Assembly (NCBI GenBank): GCA_044869895.1
Contig: JBIOXZ010000086.1
Coordinates: forward strand, 1-54,136
DNA: 54,136 bases
Origin: Actinomycetota bacterium
GTDB taxonomy: Bacteria > Actinomycetota > UBA4738 > HRBIN12
Reading direction: 5' to 3'
The notes under the pieces were generated by a model. It was not told the origin of the DNA. It did no database searches and saw only the letters and a program-made list of their open reading frames with translations. Positions within the stretch are counted from its first letter, which is position 1. Each line of letters opens with the position of its first letter. This document shows, piece by piece, positions 44,276 to 54,136 of this stretch. Both the position numbers and the translations under genes were made by a program.

Positions 44276-44965
44276 GTGGAGACCATCTGGAAGGCCGCGC
44301 TTGCCGAGTTCATCGGCTCCTTTGGGTTCGTCTTCGTCGGCGCCGGCTCCGTGATCGTGGCCGGCCCCTACGGGAGCGGACTGCTCGGGGTGGCCTTGGC
44401 GACCGGGCTCGCCGTCGCGGTGATGGTGTCGGTGACGGCTCCCATATCGGGCGGGCACGTGAACCCGGCCGTCACCGTCGGCGTGTGGGCCGCCGGCAAG
44501 ATCGCATCGGGCAGGGCGCTGGCGTACGTAGCGGCCCAGTTCGGTGGGGGGATCTTCGCCTGCCTCCTGCTCCGGTTCGTGGTCCCCCTGGCGGTGTGGA
44601 AAGCGGCGAACCTGGGGACGCCGGTACTCGCTAACGGGATCGGCCAGGGCAAGGGCATCCTCATCGAGGCCCTCCTGGCCTTCTTCCTCGTGTTCACGTT
44701 CTTCGCCACCCTCCTCGACGACCGAGGGCTCGTCCCGCAGGCGGCCGGAGTGATGGTGGGGTCGGTGCTCGCCTTCGACATCCTGGTCGCCGGGCCGTTC
44801 ACCGGGGGGGCCGTCAACCCGGTCCGTTCATTCGGCCCGGCCCTGGTCTCCGGGACCTGGAACGGCTGGTGGGTGTACTGGGTGGGACCGGTCGCCGGTG
44901 GGGTGATCGGCGCGGTCCTCTACTGGTCGGCCTTCATGCGGGACCGCGAGCCCGCCGTGCCGTAA
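44276..44965 (+). CDS. MIP-family channel (aquaporin/glycerol-facilitator-like), second motif NPV
   Basis: There are six hydrophobic helices. The first motif is SGGHVNPAVT and the second is GGAVNPVRSFGPA. The GTG start follows GAGGAGGAG. Confidence 0.85.
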   Translation: METIWKAALAEFIGSFGFVFVGAGSVIVAGPYGSGLLGVALATGLAVAVMVSVTAPISGGHVNPAVTVGVWAAGKIASGRALAYVAAQFGGGIFACLLLRFVVPLAVWKAANLGTPVLANGIGQGKGILIEALLAFFLVFTFFATLLDDRGLVPQAAGVMVGSVLAFDILVAGPFTGGAVNPVRSFGPALVSGTWNGWWVYWVGPVAGGVIGAVLYWSAFMRDREPAVP

Positions 44966-44975
44966 CGAAACCGAG

Positions 44976-45164
44976 CTACGGCTCGTATTTCGGCTTTGCC
45001 GTCGGTCCTCTCCATGGGTAGCCCATGGTGTGCTGCCAGCAGTTGGGACCGGGATTGTAGATGGACAGTCGGGTGCCGCAGACCGTGCAGTTTCGGACGG
45101 TGGACGGCGTGCCCGGCCGCCCGGTGGGCTGTTCGTCCTTGTGCTTGGGCGCCTGTTTGGCCAC
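44976..45164 (-). CDS. 62-aa hypothetical zinc-ribbon-like protein
   Basis: The sequence is MAKQAPKHKDEQPTGRPGTPSTVRNCTVCGTRLSIYNPGPNCWQHTMGYPWRGPTAKPKYEP, with a CxxC...CxxH arrangement and mostly G/C-ending codons. Confidence 0.45.
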   Translation of the reverse strand: MAKQAPKHKDEQPTGRPGTPSTVRNCTVCGTRLSIYNPGPNCWQHTMGYPWRGPTAKPKYEP

Positions 45165-45250
45165 TGGAAGCTCCGGGAACCGGTGGTCGATGGCTCGGGG
45201 CCATCATATTCGGGCCTCTCTCCGACGTCTAGCCGACGCTTTCCTTGCAA

Positions 45251-45275
45251 CAGGCCTCGTGGTGAGGGAGGCCTG
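45251..45275 (-). terminator. hairpin downstream of korB (weak terminator candidate)
   Basis: CAGGCCTC (45251-45258), a 9-nt loop, then GAGGCCTG (45268-45275) form a perfect 8-bp stem 20 nt past the korB stop. There is no clear U-tract. Confidence 0.3.
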
Positions 45276-45294
45276 CCCGACCGGACCCAGGTCG

Positions 45295-46353
45295 CTACCC
45301 TACGGTCCAGGTGTCGCCCGAGTGCAACAGCGTTGCCAGGTTCCCCCGTCCCAGCCGCTCGGTGGCCACCTCGATCTGCTTGTCCATGGCCTCACCGTAG
45401 ACGGGTCGTTCCACCTCCCGGAACACACCGATGCACGTGGGCTCGGTGGGCCCGTGTGCCAGGTGGGCCAGCGCGAACGCGAGCGACGGACGCCCGTGCA
45501 CATCGTGGACCACGATGCTCTCCGAGGCCACATCGTCTACGCCGGCCAGGATCAGCCGACCGTTCTCCCCCACCGCCACGCACCGGTTGTCCTCGTCGAA
45601 CACGATCGGCTTACCGTGCTCCAGACGGATCTGGTTGTGGACCCCTTGCGGCTTGTCGCGAAGGAGATCGAAAGCGCCGTCGTTGAACACGTTGCAGTTC
45701 TGATAGATCTCGACGAACGCCGCTCCTCGGTGGGCCGCCGCCTGTCGCAAGATCTGCATCAGGTGCTGGCGGTCGTTGTCGACCGTCCGGGCCACGAAGG
45801 TTGCCTCCGCTCCCAGGGCCAGAGCGATGGGGTTGAACGGATGGTCCACCGAGCCGAACGGCGTGGACTTCGTGACCTTACCCTCCTCGCTGGTGGGCGA
45901 GTACTGGCCCTTGGTCAGGCCGTAGATCTGGTTGTTGAACAGCAGGATCTTTATGTTCACGTTGCGCCGGAGGGCGTGGATCAGGTGGTTGCCCCCGATC
46001 GACAGGCCGTCCCCGTCACCGGTGACGACCCACACGTCGAGGTCCGGACGGGCGGTGGCGATCCCCGTGGCCAATGCCGGCGCCCGGCCATGGATCCCGT
46101 GCACCCCGTACGTGTCCATGTAGTACGTGAACCGTCCGGAGCACCCGATGCCCGACACGAAGACGGTGTTGTCGGGCGTGATCCCAAGCTCCGGCATGAA
46201 CGCCTGAACAGTGGCAAGGATGGCGTAGTCGCCACACCCCGGGCACCACCGGACCTCCTGATCGCTGGTGAAGTCCTTCTTGGTCAGTGTCCCCACGGGT
46301 CGCTGACCGTTCCCGCCGTCGGCGGCGGCTTGCTCGTGCTCGACGTCGCTCAT
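45295..46353 (-). CDS. korB: 2-oxoglutarate/2-oxoacid:ferredoxin oxidoreductase beta subunit (TPP-binding)
   Basis: The sequence reads WCPGCGDY.IL......GIGCS.R.....T.G.H..HGRA...ATG......VTGDGD...IG.NH..HA.RRN. The ATG overlaps the korA stop (ATGA at 46350-46353). The upstream 440 codons of track ORF 45295..47676 are shadow. Confidence 0.85.
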   Translation of the reverse strand: MSDVEHEQAAADGGNGQRPVGTLTKKDFTSDQEVRWCPGCGDYAILATVQAFMPELGITPDNTVFVSGIGCSGRFTYYMDTYGVHGIHGRAPALATGIATARPDLDVWVVTGDGDGLSIGGNHLIHALRRNVNIKILLFNNQIYGLTKGQYSPTSEEGKVTKSTPFGSVDHPFNPIALALGAEATFVARTVDNDRQHLMQILRQAAAHRGAAFVEIYQNCNVFNDGAFDLLRDKPQGVHNQIRLEHGKPIVFDEDNRCVAVGENGRLILAGVDDVASESIVVHDVHGRPSLAFALAHLAHGPTEPTCIGVFREVERPVYGEAMDKQIEVATERLGRGNLATLLHSGDTWTVG

Positions 46354-48191
46354 CCCGTCATCACCTTCAGGATCTCCTGCTCCAGATCCTCGGCGAAGAT
46401 CGGGAGCCCCTGGACCTTCGTGTAGCTCTGCGCGTCCACCAGGAACCGGCCTCGGATGAGGAGCGCGAGCTGTCCCGAGTTCATCTCGGGGATCAACACC
46501 TTGGGGTAGCGCTGGACAACGTCGGCGATGTTCGACGGGAACGGGTTGAGATGGGACAGGTGGGCCGTGGCCACCTTCTTCCCCTGGTCGCGGACCCGCC
46601 GCGCCGCCGCCCTGATGGTCCCCCAGGTGGACCCCCACCCCAGCACCAGGAGCGTGGCGTCGCCCTCGGGATCGTCCACCTCGAGGGCCGGGACATCCTT
46701 GGCGATCCCCGCCACCTTGGCCGCTCGCAGCTCGGTCATCAGCCCGTGGTTCTCGGGCTCGTAGCTGATGTCGCCGGTCCCGTCCTCCTTCTCCAGGCCG
46801 CCGATCCGGTGGCGAAGGCCCGGTGTGCCTGGGATGGCCCACGGCCGCGCCAGGTTCTCGTCGCGGAGGTACGGCAGGAACTCCGTCCCCGCGTTCGGAC
46901 CGGTGGCGAACCCCGGGTCGATCGTGGGAAGCGTATCGGCGTCGGGGATGAGCCACGGCTCCGAGGAATTCGAGAGGAACGTGTCCGAGAGCAGGATGAC
47001 CGGTGTCCGGTACTTCACCGCGATCCGGACCGCCTCGATCGCCGCGTCGAAGCATCGGGACGGCGAGGAGGACGCCACGATCGGCACCGGCGACTCGCCG
47101 TGCCGTCCGTACATGGCCTGGAGCAGGTCGGCGGCCTCGGTTTTCGTCGGCATCCCCGTCGATGGCCCGGCCCGCTGGACGTCGACGATGACCATGGGGA
47201 GCTCGAGGGCGACCGCCAGCCCGAGGGTCTCCGCCTTCAGGTCCATGCCCGGGCCGGAGGTGCCGGTGACCCCCAGCTGCCCCACGAACGCCGCGCCCAG
47301 CGCCACGTTCGCCGCGGCGATCTCGTCCTCTGCCTGGAGCGTCCGCACGCCGAAGTTCTTCAGCCGCGAGAGCTCGTGCAGCAGCTCCGAGGCGGGGGTG
47401 ATCGGGTAGCTCGCGTAGAACAGCGAAAGCCCGCTCCGCTGGCTCGCGGCCACCAGCCCCAGCGCCAGCGCCTGGGCTCCGGAGACATTCCGATACACAC
47501 CCGGCTCGGCCGGAGCCGGCTTCACCTGGTAGGAGTGGGCGAACAGCTCGGTCGTCTCGCCGAAGTTGTAGCCGGCCTTGAACGCCGCCACGTTCGCGTC
47601 GTAGACCTGCGGCTTGTCGCCGAACTTCTTGTGCAGCCAGTTCAGGGTGACATCGATGGGCCGGCCGTACATCCACGACACCAGGCCCAGGGCGAACATG
47701 TTCTTCGACCGCTCGGCCTCCTTTCGGGTCAGGCCGAGCTCCTCGACGGCCCGCACGGTGATCGAGGTCATCGGGACCTTGTAGACCTGGTAGCCCTCGA
47801 GGGTGCCGTCCTCCAGTGGGTTGGAGGAGAACCCGGCCTTCTCCACGTTCCGTTGGACGAAGGCGTCCTCGTTGACGATGACGGTCCCGCCCTTCTGGAG
47901 CAGATGCAGGTCGGCCTTCAGGGCCGCCGGATTCATGGCCACCAGGACGTTCGGGTGGTCGCCCGGGGTGGTGATGTCCTCGGAGGCGAACTGGATCTGG
48001 AAGGCGGAGACCCCGTGGACGGTACCGGCAGGGGCCCGGATCTCGGCGGGGAAGTCCGGGAGGGTCGCCAGGTCGTTCCCCAGGACGGCAGTGGCATTGG
48101 TGAACCGGTCGCCGGTCAACTGCATGCCGTCACCCGAGTCACCGGCGAACCGGATGACGATCCGGTCTTTCTCTTCGACGTCCTTCGGCAT
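46350..48191 (-). CDS. korA: 2-oxoglutarate/2-oxoacid:ferredoxin oxidoreductase alpha subunit
   Basis: 613 aa reading IRFAGDSGDGMQLTG..F......GND..T.PDFPAEIRAP.GT..GVS.FQ, the typical KorA N-terminus. The pairing matches actinobacterial KorAB (Rv2454c/Rv2455c type). Confidence 0.85.
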   Translation of the reverse strand: MPKDVEEKDRIVIRFAGDSGDGMQLTGDRFTNATAVLGNDLATLPDFPAEIRAPAGTVHGVSAFQIQFASEDITTPGDHPNVLVAMNPAALKADLHLLQKGGTVIVNEDAFVQRNVEKAGFSSNPLEDGTLEGYQVYKVPMTSITVRAVEELGLTRKEAERSKNMFALGLVSWMYGRPIDVTLNWLHKKFGDKPQVYDANVAAFKAGYNFGETTELFAHSYQVKPAPAEPGVYRNVSGAQALALGLVAASQRSGLSLFYASYPITPASELLHELSRLKNFGVRTLQAEDEIAAANVALGAAFVGQLGVTGTSGPGMDLKAETLGLAVALELPMVIVDVQRAGPSTGMPTKTEAADLLQAMYGRHGESPVPIVASSSPSRCFDAAIEAVRIAVKYRTPVILLSDTFLSNSSEPWLIPDADTLPTIDPGFATGPNAGTEFLPYLRDENLARPWAIPGTPGLRHRIGGLEKEDGTGDISYEPENHGLMTELRAAKVAGIAKDVPALEVDDPEGDATLLVLGWGSTWGTIRAAARRVRDQGKKVATAHLSHLNPFPSNIADVVQRYPKVLIPEMNSGQLALLIRGRFLVDAQSYTKVQGLPIFAEDLEQEILKVMTG

Positions 48192-48378
48192 TCTGCCCCG
48201 GCCGGGCGTCGCCCGGCCGCCTCCTCAGGGTTTCGGGGATTCGCATCTAGCGTAGCGCGCGGTGGCCGAACCAACAGCCGCACCTGGTCCCTTCGTGCTC
48301 CTGCCGTTCATCTCCCGCCGGACGCGCTAGGCTCCCGGAGCCCGATTGGGTCGGCCACCGGACATCAGGAGGACCTCC

Positions 48379-49407
48379 ATGGCATACAAGCGCATCGTCC
48401 TGGCGACCGACGGCTCAGCCTTCGCCGAGAGCGCCGAGCACGTGGCCGCCACGCTGGCCCGGGCGACGAAGGCCAAGGAGCTGCTGATCGTCCACACGTA
48501 CGCGCGTCCGGACCGGGCCCAGGCTGCCGTCGAGCGTGCCGAGGCCGCCGCCGGGGCCGAGGGGCTGGAGCCCGAGGTGGTCCTCCGCGACGGGGCGCCC
48601 GCCGAGGACATCGTGGAGGTGGCTGACGTACGGGAGGCGGACCTGATCGTCCTGGGCAGCCGGGGGCTCTCCCTGGGGGCGCAGATCATCGGCAGCGTGG
48701 CCGCCAAGGTGTCCCGCCACGCGCCGTGCGACGTCCTCCTGGTTCGGGAGCGACCGGTCGGGCAGCGGGTGGAGGGGGCGATGCCCTATGCGAGGATGCT
48801 CGTGGCAACCGACGGCTCCTCCACCGCGGATCGGGCCGCCAGGAAGGGCTATGCCCTGGCCACCCGGCTCGGGGCGTCCGTGACGTTGGCGTTCGTGGGG
48901 CATCCGAAGACCGGCGAGCTGATCCTCAAGGACACCGCGGCCACCATCGGCGAGGGCGCCGCCCCGCCCACGATGCTGATCCTCCAAGGAGACCCGGCCG
49001 AGGCCATCATGGAAGCCGCCGCGCGTGAGGGATTGGACCTCATCGTCGTGGGCAACCGGGGGCTGGCCGGGGCCAAGGGCCTCTTCCTGGCCTCGGTCCC
49101 CAAGAAGGTCTCGGAGTACGCCCCCTGCGACGTGCTGATCGCGCGCACCGTGGCCCAGAGCCTCTCGGAGATCGGCAAGGGGGAGGGGGGGATCGTCGCC
49201 ACCGGAGACCACAAGGTGGCCGTCTACCGGGACGAGAAGGGCGTCGTGCACGCGCTCTCGGCCAAGTGCACCCACATGGGGTGCACCGTGAAGTGGAACC
49301 CCTCGCAGAAGACCTGGGACTGCCCGTGTCACGGGTCGCGGTACTCGCCCTTCGGCCTGGTGGTGAACGGGCCCGCCGCCAAGCCGCTCGAGCCCACCGA
49401 CCTGTAA
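48379..49407 (+). CDS. tandem universal-stress-protein (UspA x2) domains fused to a C-terminal Rieske [2Fe-2S] domain
   Basis: Usp unit 1 is YKRIVLATDGS...DLIVLGSRGLS......GSVA.KV..HAPCDVLLV. Usp unit 2 is MLVATDGS...DLIVVGNRGL.G.....SV..KV...APCDVLI. The Rieske motif is CTHMGC-x13-CPCHGS. The start is ATG 48379, 6 nt after AGGAGG. Confidence 0.8.
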   Translation: MAYKRIVLATDGSAFAESAEHVAATLARATKAKELLIVHTYARPDRAQAAVERAEAAAGAEGLEPEVVLRDGAPAEDIVEVADVREADLIVLGSRGLSLGAQIIGSVAAKVSRHAPCDVLLVRERPVGQRVEGAMPYARMLVATDGSSTADRAARKGYALATRLGASVTLAFVGHPKTGELILKDTAATIGEGAAPPTMLILQGDPAEAIMEAAAREGLDLIVVGNRGLAGAKGLFLASVPKKVSEYAPCDVLIARTVAQSLSEIGKGEGGIVATGDHKVAVYRDEKGVVHALSAKCTHMGCTVKWNPSQKTWDCPCHGSRYSPFGLVVNGPAAKPLEPTDL

Positions 49408-49420
49408 CGCCGTCGGGCGT
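49407..49420. terminator. short hairpin bridging two convergent stop codons
   Basis: ACGCC-gtcg-GGCGT gives a 5-bp stem spanning exactly from the TAA of the Usp-Rieske gene to the TGA of the convergent membrane-protein gene. It is too short to call with confidence. Confidence 0.2.
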
Positions 49421-49902
49421 CAGAACGGCTTGAACATCATCAGGTAGGCGATGAACACGAGAGCGGCGAAGCCGAATGCCGCGCTCGTCAACGAGAGCCC
49501 CGAACGCAGCATGGCCTCGAGCTCCTCGTCGCTCCGCCGGGGAACACCCGACGGCCGGATCTCGACCGCCTCCTTCAGCCGCTGATAGTAGGGCCGGGCC
49601 ACGATCGACATCTCCGCGCTGACGGCCACCAGGATGCCGATGGAGACCCAGAACCAGCCCTGACGGGTGTAGATCCCGCTCTGCACGCCCGCCACGATGC
49701 CGAACACGGTGAGCCAGGCTAGCGAGACGTACATCCCCCGCACCGACGAACCCGAGAACTGCAGGAGCTCGGCGATCCTCGTCCGATCGCGCTCCGTTCG
49801 GAGCCGGAGGGCAACGATCATCGACACGCCGTGGTACATGACGAACGCGAGCACGCCGAGGACGTGCAGCAGCTTCCACCAGTTGTACGCGATCGCCAGC
49901 AT
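49420..49902 (-). CDS. 4-TM integral membrane protein (DUF2269-like, tentative)
   Basis: The sequence reads MLAIAYNWWKLLHVLGVLAFVMYHGVSMIV...LAWLTVFGIVAGV...WFWVSIGILVAV...AAFGFAALVFIAYLMMF. The ATG overlaps the upstream stop (TGATG). I trimmed the start to Met42 of the track ORF. Confidence 0.6.
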   Translation of the reverse strand: MLAIAYNWWKLLHVLGVLAFVMYHGVSMIVALRLRTERDRTRIAELLQFSGSSVRGMYVSLAWLTVFGIVAGVQSGIYTRQGWFWVSIGILVAVSAEMSIVARPYYQRLKEAVEIRPSGVPRRSDEELEAMLRSGLSLTSAAFGFAALVFIAYLMMFKPF

Positions 49903-50426
49903 CAGTCGGCGGGCGGCCGCTCGGCCCGACGAAGCCGGCCGGCCAAGACCGAAAGCATCCAGGCGGAGACGCCGGGCTCCTCGGCGACCAGTCGGTCGAA
50001 CGCCCGCTTGAAGATCCGGATGCACAGTATTGGGGTCGCGGCCACGACCGATGCCGTGCGCTCCCCGCCATCGAGTAGCGCCAGCTCACCGAAGAAGTCG
50101 CCCGGGCCGAGCGTGGCCAAGGTTCGCTTCCCCCTGATCACCCGGGCATCCCCCTCGACGATCGCGAAGAAGGCTCCTCCCCGCATCCCCTCGATCACGA
50201 TCGCCTCTCCTGGCCGGAACTCGACCTGGTCGGCTCGGTCGGCCAGAGCGCGCAGGTGACGACGGGACAGCCCGGCGAACAGCGGGACGCGGGTCAAGAG
50301 GTCCAAGCCCCGCTTCCCCAGTGGTCGGTCGGATCGGGCATGGCCCGAGGCAGGTCGTGATGGCGCCCGGGAGGACGAGATGGAGGGCGGCACCAGCCCG
50401 GCCAGCGAATCGAGCGCGTCCTTCAT
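49902..50426 (-). CDS. cyclic-nucleotide-binding domain protein without a DNA-binding domain
   Basis: 174 aa reading VPLFAGLS...L..LA......F..GE.I..EG..G..FF.I..G...V......LA.LGPGDFFGELALLDG..RTASVVA. There is no HTH after the cNMP domain. Only the last 174 codons of track ORF 49902..51965 are taken. Confidence 0.7.
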   Translation of the reverse strand: MKDALDSLAGLVPPSISSSRAPSRPASGHARSDRPLGKRGLDLLTRVPLFAGLSRRHLRALADRADQVEFRPGEAIVIEGMRGGAFFAIVEGDARVIRGKRTLATLGPGDFFGELALLDGGERTASVVAATPILCIRIFKRAFDRLVAEEPGVSAWMLSVLAGRLRRAERPPAD

Positions 50427-50540
50427 CGGCCTCCCTCCCGGTCGAGCCGCGAGCCTATCGCAGGCGTCCAGCCATCGGGACGGGACCGGGCGTCGGGATC
50501 GTTCTGACTCGGGGTCACAGAGCTGCGTTAGCATTACTGG

Positions 50541-54136
<3,596 letters not shown>

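Noticed and set aside
50427-50540. A possible cobalamin or SAM riboswitch in the 114-nt leader upstream of metH.
   Set aside because: I could not find a B12-box (rAGYCMGgAgaCCkGCc-like) or SAM-I/II/IV core motifs, and the segment is too short for a cobalamin aptamer. It is more likely just a divergent promoter region. A covariance-model scan (RF00174, RF00162, RF00634) would settle this.

Overview
This is a GC-rich (roughly 70% by eye), densely packed chromosomal segment. It is most likely from an actinobacterium: it carries a WhiB-family regulator, a PknB-type kinase with PASTA repeats, an Rv2191-like DnaQ/GIY-YIG protein, a PimB-like GT4, KorAB, and LLM and deazaflavin-type enzymes. I can support about 55 protein genes. 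Many are joined by 4-nt ATGA/GTGA stop-start overlaps. I see no rRNA, tRNA, CRISPR array, transposase or integrase. Most long ORFs in the supplied track are antisense or out-of-frame shadows typical of high-GC DNA, and many true genes start well inside the listed ORFs. Two genes run off the window edges and are missing from the track: psuG on the left and a nearly complete metH on the right.

Gene content is mostly central, C1/folate and cofactor metabolism:
- thiE behind a TPP riboswitch
- two tandem phosphofructokinases
- threonine aldolase
- carbamate kinase
- a formate dehydrogenase operon with fdhD and mobA
- formate-THF ligase
- GcvT-like and YgfZ folate proteins
- 5-formyl-THF cyclo-ligase
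- heptose genes hddA-gmhB-gmhA
- thiolase
- korAB
- metH

Observations most worth follow-up:
1. The formate dehydrogenase catalytic subunit has an in-frame TGA with a well-placed SECIS hairpin, so it reads as a selenoprotein rather than two ORFs. Its Fe-S N-terminal half is encoded as a separate gene downstream of the NuoE/F-like gene, giving a split and order-permuted alpha subunit.
2. A Get3/ArsA-type ATPase, an 87-aa cysteine mini-protein and a full-length eRF1/Pelota-like protein (GGQ replaced by GGW, with a zinc-ribbon insert) are translationally coupled.
3. The TPP riboswitch aptamer is interrupted by about 125 nt that include a 34-nt tandem triplication.
4. A receiver-domain gene leads an operon of unannotated mini-ORFs.
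5. An S8 protease ends in (xxSWS)n tryptophan repeats and sits 3 nt upstream of an orphan histidine kinase.

All family assignments come from motif recognition by eye. No database search was run.
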